A DNA stretch of 64,000 nt from the NCBI GenBank assembly GCA_964035545.1, contig OZ037768.1, positions 10,944,741 through 11,008,740 on the forward strand, in the 5' to 3' direction. Position 1 is the stretch's first letter. Every line of letters begins with the position of its first letter. Origin of the DNA: Bugula neritina (Eukaryota > Animalia > Bryozoa). The notes under the pieces are model-generated. The model ran no database searches. It was not told the origin of the DNA and saw nothing but the letters and a program-made list of their open reading frames with translations. Below, piece by piece: positions 24,184 to 36,800 of the stretch. The position numbers and the translations under genes are program-made.

Positions 24184-27100
24184 TGTAGTACCTTGGGAGT
24201 AGTACCTTATACACAGACCAAACAATAATGAATAATGCTAGCTACTGCTACTACCTTTTATATAAAATAAGTGTTAGATGACAGAGATGATAAGGCAAGG
24301 AATTGGCATATATAGCAAATATATTATTCACACTTGATTAAGTAAGCAGGTTTCATCACAAATATTTTGATATTAAACAGCTTCTCAACTTTAAACCTTC
24401 TCCATAATATCTATTTATTGTCCTCGTTCTAAATTAATGCCAGCTCACAATATAAGACAAATAATTCGTTACAGTGTGTATTGCAACATAGGAATTTTAT
24501 TTTATATTTCCAAGCTATAAGTAGTACTGTCTCATCATCAAACAACAAAACCAAAAGTTTGATTTTTTAAGTTCTTCATATTGTAAATCACAAGACTTAT
24601 GCCTCTCAGCTATAACCCTAACCCATGAAGCAGTAACTGTATAACTGTAAATATCCAGTGCTTTCAGGTATCAGGTTCTTGAGCAGGCCTACTGCTATTC
24701 CTATGGGTAGAGAGGTGATCTAGCAGCACTCTTACTTGTAAATTAACAAGGCCATCTATAAGCGCTTTGACCTGTACACTAAAAAGTTGAAAAATGATGT
24801 TTTATTTACTCAGAGACCAGAGTATTTCAATATTAACTGCTTACAAGTAAGCTTCATACTTTTTAAAAAACTCCAATGCTGGGAGCTCGAAAAATGCTAT
24901 GAATAAGTTATCCTGGAGTTGTCTTCCATTCCTAAGCTTGTGGCTACACTTCGGCTTACAATTTATGAATTACTTCATTTATTTATAAAATATTCTGTGT
25001 GGGCGGAAAATACTTGTAAATTGTTACAAAAATAGTTCTTGAATTTGACTGTTTGAACTAAAATCGAAACAAATTTAATTCATGTTAATCATGCATCTTC
25101 ATTGCATCACGAATTGTGTTTGTTTTGCAGCTGGCATTGTATAAATGTGGTTATTGGCTAGCTAGCATAATTTGCTGTAGCTAACATGGTTCTCTAATAA
25201 ACAAACACAAAATATTGAATCTTACAAATGAATCAACATAGTGAGGGGGCTAGTATAATTCACTGTGGCTAGTGTGATTTTTCGATAAGCAAACAAATAT
25301 ATTGAATCACTAAAAATTATGTGGGGGCTATGGATATTGTATTATATAATAAAATAATAATTTGCCTAAAGTTTCCCGGGTATTATAGTTATCTCACATA
25401 GCATATAAATTTGTTACGGATATTATACAGTGTGATTTTGAAATATAGACTCAGCTCCAAAAGTTCTAGTAGGCACATCAGAATGGAAACAGTAAATACA
25501 GTATTTTATAGATTCAGGGTACAAGTTTATTCATTCAACTTTTAAATTTGTAGACTTGATTATCAGCATGCAGTCATGAAGATGTCAACTGATAAATGTA
25601 TAAGCTTCTTTGGGGATTAGTAGTAATCTCTATAATAATCAGAGCAAATGATTTACTACCTAAAACGTAACAAAACACTTTTTTTCTTCTAGGAATTGTT
25701 GGGACAAATGTAGCTTGCAGTTTTTGGGAGGCAGTTGAGTTGAGTAAAAGCAGGTTTTGAAAACTTTTCTGTTGAAGTCATTTACTTAATCTGTTTTAAA
25801 AGTATAGACGGAAAATTAGTTAAAGATTATTCTTCGATTATTTTCATAGTGATTACACATACTGAAGTTATTTCTTATTTTCCTAATGTACATAATATGT
25901 GTATATATGTTTACTGTATGAATAAATTTATACAACATTGATTTGCAAGTCATTTTTACAAATTAGAAGCTAACAATAGCCTTTTACTTCTTGTAATAGT
26001 GAAATTTTACATAATGAAATAGGCCTGCTGTTGGAAGATTCATTTGCGTATTGAAGTTCATAAAATTTACAGTTGAATCGGGTGTGAACTACGGAAACTT
26101 TACAAACAAGAAGTGCCGGTAGTGCTAAAATTCTTAGCTTAATTCAGGTGACACAAATATTTATCCATATTTAGCACACTGAGTAGTTATTAAATTCTTA
26201 CCAGGCTATTAAATGGTTAATTTAATATTGATAGGGTGCGCCCTATTTACGTATATACATAATTAGCAAGTGATGAACCTTAAAAAGATATAGCAATTCC
26301 AGGAACCATGAATCTCAAGTAGACTTATTGGCACATGTTTTGTGCTGTTTCTGAGAAATTGAAAACCTGGCTAGATGCTGATTGTTTTTTTAGTATGTGC
26401 AAAAAATAGGATCTACAGAGTAAGGGTTTGTTAGATTGGCTTTACCATAGCGAGTTTAATTTTATTCCAAAAGCACAGGCTAACTGCATGTAATTTAGTA
26501 ATAATAATAAAGCATTATGAAACACAAATTTTATTTAATTAACTCAACTAAAGCTAATCCCTAAAACATTCCCATGTGAAAAATACATCGAAATTCTTAG
26601 AATTATTAATTTAATCATACAGATTCGGTATATGGAAGAGACGCTTTAGTGGTCAAGATTTAAATCACCCTAGCCAGGAGGAGTGGAAGTAGGAGCAGTG
26701 AAAACAGCAGCAATCGTACAACCAGCAAAACAACAGCAATACCACAATAATTTTTTTAGTAATTAACAGTTGAAAATTGAGTAAGCAAGTAAATTACCAT
26801 AGTAATTAGACCATCGACTTGAATGTAAAATTTTCAATTCTGTATGATGTTCTTTCAATAGTAAAAACAAACCTTATTTTAGCTATGCTGATTGTTACTT
26901 TCATATTGTGTACTATAAATAATATGTGGGCAAGTATTTAAATTTTTGTAGCTGGCCAAAACAGACAAGTAAAATAGTTACTGCTGCCCTGACAACTGTT
27001 GTAAAACTGTGCTTATAGAATATACTGTGACTAGTCTTGATCTTTAGGAGCCAAGTCACGGTAATGAAAATGCAACATTATTAATTGCATAAATGATAGG

Positions 27101-27299
27101 AAAGTAAGTAATAGCATATTTAGCGGCTTTATTAGGTTGTTTTGTTGTAAATCCTAAACAAATAAAATATTTGTATTCTCTCCTGAAATTTTTATTTTAC
27201 ATTAGTAAAAAACTGCACTAACCGGTTTGACTTATTTACAAGAACAGCCCATTAAAATAAAGACTGTGTGAAATAGTAACTTTATTGTAATTGATACTT

Positions 27300-27590
27300 A
27301 TTAGTGATGAGATTAGAAAAAAATATAACTAAACATGTAGATTTTGATTAAAAAGAATAATATATATATTATATATATTATATTTGATACAAGTACTCTA
27401 TTAATGAAACTGACTAGACAAAGAAAGCCTTGTTGCACTGCAACTATTATAATATAAATGTTATGTATTGAAGGTAGAAAACATAAAAGAACACCCTTAA
27501 TGAGATACAAAATGTAACAATTTTAAATGAAGTTTTTTTTCAGTGCTACGGATAAGTGAGTGATTCCTGCTAGGGTTAGGCTCTCGCTGA
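27300..27590 (+). repeat. Dispersed repeat; copy of 17052-17350
   Basis: Direct sequence similarity to 17052-17350. Confidence 0.9.
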
Positions 27591-27810
27591 TGACATACTA
27601 TCTTTTCCTTTTTAAGCCAAATTATATGCAAAATTATAATGTTTTTTCAATGTATTGAAATTCTTAGTCTAAACAGTAGCCAATTGTCTATATTATCAAG
27701 ACAACATAAGCTGCATATATATACACGTTGATATTACAGTGCTACTCTAACTAATGGAATCTTTATTCCTAATATGTATATAGTAGCAACAGTCAAGCCT
27801 CCCTGCAGGG

Positions 27811-30800
27811 TTAAATATTGAAGAAGTCATACCTGCAAAGTAAAGGAATAGATAAAGTAAGGAAAGATTTATCTGTAGTTTAGTGCATGATATTGAAATT
27901 GATACTTTCTAAAGCAGATCAAAAGACCAACAAGAGTTTGAGTTATAACTAATATAACTTAGCAGCCATATGTAGACCTTTAGACAGCTGCAGTAAACTA
28001 GTAGCAGTCAGCAATGCTCAACTGAACTGATGTAAATGTGAAACTCAAATGGAGGGCTCTTTATTAATAACGGTTAGAATAGCTGGAAAGTCGAAAAGTC
28101 AATTTTATCGTTTTTCAGGAATCTTTTCTAAAAACTAGACACACCGATTTTGGCTATGGATAATTAAACAAATTGCTCCAAAACATGACTGATTTTATTA
28201 TCTAAGCATGGATCTTATTTCTGAGAAATTAAAGCTTCAATGAACAAAATTGTAATGGGCGAAATAGAATATAGTTTGAGATTTTATTTTCCACTTTATA
28301 CTTTATAGAGTATTAAACACTAGAAACAGTGAAAGGTGTGCTCAACTCAATATTTCGGTCCTTTAAAAGTTGAAAATCTTATCTTGAAAACTTTGAAATT
28401 AATATAAATGACACAAATAGGCTAAATTCACAATTTCTATAATAGTCATATTTTCTTTGTGTAAATGAATAATATTTTTACAGGACAAAGTGTTACAACT
28501 GCTAGCATACTACGGAGATGAAGGAAACTATGAATGAAATGGGTGAATACTCACTGTGAACGATATGTCTCGTCGTATCGCTCGTCTGCCTCGTCACTTT
28601 CCTCTTCCTCTGACGTGGCAAACTCCTCAGCTGGAGGAGCTCTGAGAGAGACTCCTGTTGTTATACTCTCAAATGTCTGGTACTTCAGAGTAGGAGCTAC
28701 AAAATATACTCTTCAGTTATTGTAAGAGCAAACCTTCGCATATGCACAGCGAATAAATCACTAACACAAACTTAGCAGTCGTGTGCACAAAATCTAGAGG
28801 TCATGAATACCAGCAAATAAAATTAAATTTAGGCAAATTGTCAGTTCACATAAAAACAAAATTTTCTACATAATAAATAAACAAAAGAAAACAGATATAG
28901 CACCCGGCCCGATGTGGGTCTGTGACAGAGCCAATTTACGCAAGGTGAACAGAACACACCGGGTTTGATAAGAAAAGGAGACTGATTGTAGTCTATATGT
29001 GACTCATCATCAGAGCTGGTCACCATCAGATCCATGTGTGGCTGAACATATGATGGTTTCTGTAACATACGTGTGACTCATTGTGAGTGTCTCAACAAGC
29101 AAAGTACAGACAACTCCAACATATTCATCTCCAACAACTTCTAAATGGGTTGTGCTTCACAAGTAATTCAGTGACTTTATTACCTTTTATAATAATTTAT
29201 ATATACTAATTTTACAATGTTCATATACGAGTCTAACCATTGCAATCCAATATGTTAAGAATAGTAACTCTTACTACCATTATATTTATAATCATGGTGA
29301 TATGATAAGTAGCTATGGTGAAATGTATAAACTCATATTTGAGATATAATGAACATCTTGTGCTGAATCACTTGATGTAAGAAAATTCTAGAAGACTTTT
29401 GAAATTGAACAAGTGACATGAGCTGTTGTATTTGTCAGTATGCAGTAAATCAGAATAAATTAGTGAAATTATAAAACTTTTATGATTATGCTGACCCACA
29501 ATGCATCACATGTTTATAAATGATGTGTCAATGGCTCAAAAGTTATTCCTATTTATAATGCAAGAGCAGGTTTTGTTTAGATGAGAATTAACTACAGCAA
29601 CATGCTGAATAACATCAAATATGGCTGCCATTGAGTAACTTATAACAGAAGATGTAACCTTATAGCCAGCTTTCATTAGCTTAGACCAGAGAGCAGGAGT
29701 TTCCTTGTACAGAGCATACTTTATCTCAGACGCCAAGAGTTCCCTACGACTTCTCCTTGAAACTATCTTCTCATAAAGTGGCCCGAGTTTAAACTCGAAC
29801 TCTCCACACCTGCACATGCATATTGAATATAATATAGTGCAGTCTTGTTATATGACTATAACAAGAAAACATGCCTATTGAATGTAATATAATGCACTGT
29901 GGCATATTCTTATATGACTATATTGGTAAAAAATCATAAACTGCAGTGTTTTAGACTTTGATATCGCGTCTAAAGACTCATTTAGCTAATCAAATGAATG
30001 GCATGCAGCAGGTAGTATAACAGTGACTTACTCAAAGTGTAGTTTACCCTGCTTGTAGTTGAGTTTAGGAGGCGGAGTTAGATTAGATGCATTGTGAATC
30101 TGCACATGTATCATAAGAAATTGTGAGCACTCCCACCATAGAATTGGTGGAACCCGTCTGTAAAGTGCAGAATTTCAATGAGACAGTAGAGAATAAAATA
30201 TATTCAGAAAATTGAGAACTTCAATAACAAACACGAGACATAATGCGTAAAAAACTTGGAGCTAAAAACTTCCACAAGGATTCTACAAATTCTACGGTTC
30301 AGCGACTATCAACATAAAGCAAATAGCGCATGAATAGAATAGACAAGTGAAACACTAACTTTTCTTTAATAGGTTGCGCCTGATCTTTGCGTATTGGCTT
30401 CAGAAGTATGGTCTGTTTTTTCCTCACTGTTGCATTGTGAGATGAGCTATACGAAAGAATGCAAAACAAGATACACAACATTGTATGGGAACAAAAGACT
30501 GGGATGCAAAATTATTGCTCCTAGAAAATTGTTTAAATCAGAATCGCTTTGCTAAAAAAAACAACATAACAAGTTTAGATTGACTAAAGTTAAAAAATTG
30601 ATAATTATCTTAGATAGGAAAATTTATAATTTCTTTATAAATACTTCATACTCGTGTCTTTGAAATATAATAAATATAATTAATGTAACTATTTAATATG
30701 TAAACTTAATATAAGAATAACACAAGTAGGAGCAGACAATGCAGACAGCCACTCTGGTCGCACAAACTAATGTGCTGGTCATGATTGTCACCTACAAATT

Positions 30801-33800
30801 AGACACTACAACTAATGGATCTTATTTCTGGAGGAAAAATTACACAACAGGTCTGAAGGAGATACTGATAGGCAACTATGATATCTGCTTATTTGAAAGG
30901 CTAATGCTGTCCATAGAACAACACAGAGTCAGCAAAAATACACGTCCCTGTAATTTTGAACTGGAGAAATAGCTAGCTTTTAACTTTTCCATTTTTACTT
31001 TCTGCAAACCTGAATCTCAGATTACAGATTAGCTGGCAGTCACTTAGATCCAGTGAGCACTCAGCAGTGCTCTGGTTTGCCAGAGTTTTGTTAATGATAG
31101 AAACAAGTCAAACACCTGACCAAATGGGCCAAAATTGCTCTGCAGTTTATCCCCTGCCGATCCAATAGTTTAATTGCTCACCAGCTTTACCAACAAAGTA
31201 GCACAGTTGAGGCCTGCTAGAATGATGACTTTTCATTTTAAAAAACAAACATTTGTACCTAAAAGAAACTCTTATACTAACGCTTCGAGTAAAAATCTGT
31301 TCCCCCAACCAACATGGTTTGTTTTCTACATTCACATTATTTGTAAATGAAGAACATTATTACAGCATGAGCATTGTATGGCTGATTAGCCTCTAAATAC
31401 ATCACAATAGCAAGGTTACATGGTCAGCATTACATATGTACCTGGAGGAAGGTTGGACAGCAGATACACCCTCCGAGGGAGGAGGCTCATCTGGTTTGAT
31501 ATTAACAAGAAGGTTGATGCAAGCCTCCCTAGTTTGAGCATTCAGGCCTGAGTTCATGAGTCTATAATAAAATAAAGTAGAGAATATTTCACCGATGCTG
31601 AATAATGAATTGTATTGCAGTCGCTAAAATATTGCTAAAACAACTGGGAGAACGCTTACCGCTGCAACTTATCATGCAACTGTGTTGATTTGAGCATTGC
31701 TGTTGCTCCGGTGAGATTCTTGAGCATCACGTGTAGAGTCTTGGCACATGAACACAGAGCCTATAAGTAGAATAGAGTGATGGCTTATACAGCTAAACTA
31801 TTCCCAAAACATCAATTTTAGCAAGTTATTGGAAATTTCCTTACATTTTTAGAGAAAAGGTTTTACAGTCACAGCATGAATAAAGCGTTTAAAAGATGAA
31901 TGTTCAACTGCCTGTTAACTCACCCTCAATATTAATATTCAAATTAACCTAAATATTGCCAAGGTGATTACATAACATAATTAAATTTATATTAAGCATG
32001 TCCAATAGACCATGTAAAACTCAGCCAATCAGCGAAGTGTACCAGGTCAATGTCTTACCATTGTAACTGATATAAAATTCTGCAAGTTCAATTGCAAAAT
32101 GCATGCTTCTAAAAGCTAGTTGTGCAACTTTTTTTTCATGCATTATTTAATTTCATATCTTAAATTGATGACTCTTGAAATGAATTTTTAAAATGTCTAA
32201 ATTAAGTGTTTATAAAATGCAATTAAAAATTTCATGTCTAGAAAAATGACCTGGTACACTTTTGCAACTTAAGGCCAATTATTACATAACTGCCAGCTTA
32301 GTAGTTATTTGTTGTTGCAGCTTGAATGGGTTATTGTTTAGCATTGGAAGCTTGCAGTAAACATCTGTGAATTTGGTACATGACTTTGATTGGCTGGTTT
32401 TTGAATGGCCCTTTAGTATATGCATCTGGATGGCTAAGTAGTGTAGACTCCGCCTACATCTAGCTAATGTACAGTAGCCAATCCACAGTAGTATTACAAA
32501 ATTTCTGTTTAACAAATGAAATATTCTGGTCATTTGTCTTGTACTTTACAATAGTAAATATTCTATTCAACTAGAATGTTATTGTATGTGAGCCATGGGA
32601 ACTACTAAGAGGTTAAATCAACCACCCATGCTGGTAATATTGTAGCTCGCAGTAATAGCAAGTCCACACCATATAAATATACACATAAGCTATTATGTGC
32701 AGCTTATGAATGCTGAAATGACCCCATTTCTTACCTTCAATTTGATTAAAAAATTGTATTACATATTCTGCCACTTCTGCACCAGGAACTTGTTTTCCTT
32801 TTAAATTTTGAAAATAGTGGTCAGTTTCTGCAGCAGCCAACATCCACAATAAACAACGTAAGCTTTTAAATAAACTATAAATATATGAAATATTAGTGTG
32901 GAAACAATGTAATTTATTCATTGCTATGATGAAAAATTATAAGAATATTATATAAAAGCTAGATATAGATTTCTAGTAAAATGGCACAGGTAAAAATAAC
33001 ACATTTTTACTTCAAATTCTAAATTTCATCAGTCACCAATGGTGGCTGTAGATTACAGAGAGCACAGCAGACTATCATAATCATAATCATAAGGATGGTC
33101 AGCCCACTGAGCAAAATTCAACTCCAACCCTTCATTTGGGTTACCAATGCACAAAAGCATATAATGTAAGACGCACAAAAAAACAGTGGTTTTAATGAAA
33201 CATGTGAAAAAAGTGAACAGAAAACGTCTTCAACAGAGTCAGCTGATATAGAGCAACAGAACTCATCTGACAGCCATCCTCATAGTCAGACTTCATCAGA
33301 AGTAACTGAGTTACCAGAATCATCAACTACTCAGAAAAAAAGATCTGCACATTCTATTGATAGACGAAAATCAAAAGTTGGAAGAAAAGGCTCAAAAAGT
33401 TCCACGTTTAAACAAAAAGCAACTATTGAAAAAGTAAAAGTTTTTAAAACTTTCACCACTACAGATGAGCGAACTAAATTCTATACTGGAATTCCTACAC
33501 GTTCTCTATACTATTTTTTAGCAAGGTAAAAATTATGATTTTCTTATTGCAAAGATAGACTATGGTTTATTACAAATAAACAATGCAAGTCTCACTATGC
33601 TAAAATTTGTACATTGAATAAATTTGATGTGTAGTAAAACTGTCATTTTAATTAAATTTGTTGCAGTATGAGTGTATCATTTATACATTTCTTATTAAAG
33701 ATGTTGTTTTATGTAAGATATTCATAAATACCACAGCGGTCATCTGCATGCTTTGATTTATTTAGTTTAGGGTTTTATTTAAACAAGCAGCAGTCTTTTA

Positions 33801-36800
33801 TTTGTGGACAAATTGACTCACTTTCTCCAGGAAAAGTAAATTGTTTTGACTTAAATTTTCCTTGGTTATTTTAAAGCTTATCAAAAGTGGCCTCCTAATC
33901 TAATTTTTAGCTGAAACTAACTCAGTGTTTAAAACTAAAATGGTTTACACTTGTTACTAGTTTCACTTATTCACAAGCATCATTAAATGCTATTCTAGAA
34001 ATAATATGGGTTTGAATTAGTTATAGTATAATTATAAAATGAAGTAATAATTGTTTGCCCACAGTATTTGTTTAAACTCATGACTTCATTCAAAGGATGT
34101 ATTCATACAACTAGCTTATTATGTACTGTTACAGTATTATGTAACACATGTTGACACACATTACATTCTGTTTGGATGGTGATATATTGGGTCAAGCCTT
34201 CAACTAGCAGTTCTTGAACTTCATAGTTATTGCAAAATATAACTGAAGCTACTTACCAGAGGGTAAAAACTGCTGAATGAATACAAACTAAGCACAAAAT
34301 TTATTTAGCACATACATTATAATTTGAATCATAATTTAATTTTCATTCTTTGTTTACTATATTTAGATTTATATGTCCGAAGATGAAAGTTCTCACTTTC
34401 AGAAAAAAAGTTAACAGGACAAGATAAACTTTTATTGGCTTTGATGAAGCTGCGTCAAGATTTCCAGTTTCAAATGCTTGCTGGCCTTTTTTATATCTCT
34501 AAATTAAGTTACTGCAAACAAAGTTGATTGCTAACCTTCGAATCCATGTCAAAAGAGCAATCAAAAGAATAAAAGAGTTCAATATTTTAAATGGTCCTGG
34601 AGGTGTGAACTTGGTGTTGGCACCTCTATTAGACAAGATTATGATAGTTTGCTGTGCTCTCTGTAATCTACAGCCACCATTGGTGACTGATGAAATTTAG
34701 AATTTGAAGTAAAAATGTGTTATTTTTACCTGTGCCATTTTACTAGAAATCTATATCTAGCTTTTATATAATATTCTTATAATTTTTCATCATAGCAATG
34801 AATAAATTACATTGTTTCCACACTAATATTTCATATATTTATAGTTTATTTGAAAGCTTACGTTGTTTATTGTGGATGTTGACTGCTGCAGAAACTGCCC
34901 ACTATTTTCAAAATTTAAAAGGAAAACAAGTTCCTGGTGCAGAAGTGGCAGAATATGTAATACAATTTTTTAATCAAATTGAAGGTAAGAAATGGGGTCA
35001 TTTCAGCATTCATAAGCTGCACATAATAGCTTATGTGTATATTTATATGGTGTGGACTTGCTATTACTGCGAGCTACAATATTACCAGCATGGGTGGTTG
35101 ATTTAACCTCTTAGTAGTTCCCATGGCTCACATACAATACCATTCTAGTTGAATAGAATATTTACTATTGTAAAGTACAAGACAAATGACCAGAATATTT
35201 CATTTGTTAAACAGAAATTTTGTAATACTACTGTGGATTGGCTACTGTACATTAGCTAGATGTAGGCGGAGTCTACACTACTTAGCCATCCAGATGCATA
35301 TACTAAAGGGCCATTCAAAAACCAGCCAATCAGTCATGTACCAAATTCACAGATGTTTACTGCAAGCTTCCAATGCTAAACAATAACCCATTCAAGCTGC
35401 AACAACAAATAACTACTAAGCTGGCAGTTATGTAATAATTGGCCTTAAGTTGCAAAAGTGTACCAGGTCATTTTTCTAGACATGAAATTTTTAATTGCAT
35501 TTTATAAACACTTAATTTAGACATTTTAAAAATTCATTTCAAGAGTCATCAATTTAAGATATGAAATTAAATAATGCATGAAAAAAAAGTTGCACAACTA
35601 GCTTTTAGAAGCATGCATTTTGCAATTGAACTTGCAGAATTTTATATCAGTTACAATGGTAAGACATTGACCTGGTACACTTCGCTGATTGGCTGAGTTT
35701 TACATGGTCTATTCTATTGACATTAATGTGCTCCATTAGTTTAGAAAAATGTTTTAATTTTAGCTACATGTACCGTTTCATAATTTATAACAAATAAAAA
35801 AGCAATAAGCCTAGCCAGATGCTATCACCTTTAAAACAGAGTATAGTTTAATCACACTCACAGAGTCTGCAGTAATTTTAAACATTCTATTGACTAGAGT
35901 AGAGAGAGTATCTGTCCAGGGGTGAGTAGAAGGTTGCTTTGAGTTGAGGGAAACCAAAGTGCTGATAAGTTGACAGGAACTCTCGATCAGAGAGTCACTG
36001 TTGACACTGAGTATATCTGTCAACACTTTCACTATGTCGTGCTTCATCAGTAGTGTCACTCTCCTAGACCATAAGTGTTATGTTATTTATTTGCTCATTA
36101 CTATACAGTGTCTCACTAAGCTGCCAAGGGTCCCAAAATCTCGATTTGTGACATAGTAGAATTTACCAGATTTAACTAACGGATCCACAGCTTTGACAAT
36201 TACCAGAAAATTTCATTGAATGTAAGAGCGTATCAGCTATACTCACTTGACTTCACCCTGAACATAGGTGTTGAATATGTGGAGGGAGAGAACTCTATTC
36301 TGTAGAATAGTAGATGTCCGCGCCACATACACCAGGTTGATGGTGAAGGTCTCCAGAGAGTCAACTTCCTGTCTGACGCTAAGCAGAAATGCCACATCAT
36401 GGTGGATATAAATGCTAATGCATCACTTTATCATAATAACTCAATTCCTGACAACAAATACTTAACCACAAACATAACTCACAAATGCTAGAGTATGGAC
36501 ACACTTTGTAGAAAGAAAACAACATTTTCACAAAACAAATCGTGTGACTGAAAAGGGTGAGTTTCACTTATGTCGTTTTTCCAGAATGTATTCATTAAAC
36601 TCACTTAAATTTATTTTAATTGAACAAAAGATTCTTTTGATTTAAATGTTAATTCAAACTTAAAGTTGCAAAGCACAGCAGCAGCAAATGTTTTTAGAAG
36701 TTCAACTGAACAAATAAATTGACATCAAATAAAAATTGACTGTAGTACTATCAATTTATACATATACTGGCAGCCACTACTGCAACAAAGCTCTCGCATA

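Noticed and set aside
24200-27800. Possible gene in this gap
   Set aside because: I found no convincing ORF or consistent exon chain, so it is treated as intergenic or UTR sequence.
32282-35386. Duplicated 102-aa and 66/83-aa ORF pairs as paralogous genes
   Set aside because: They are mirror images produced by the transposon's inverted arms.
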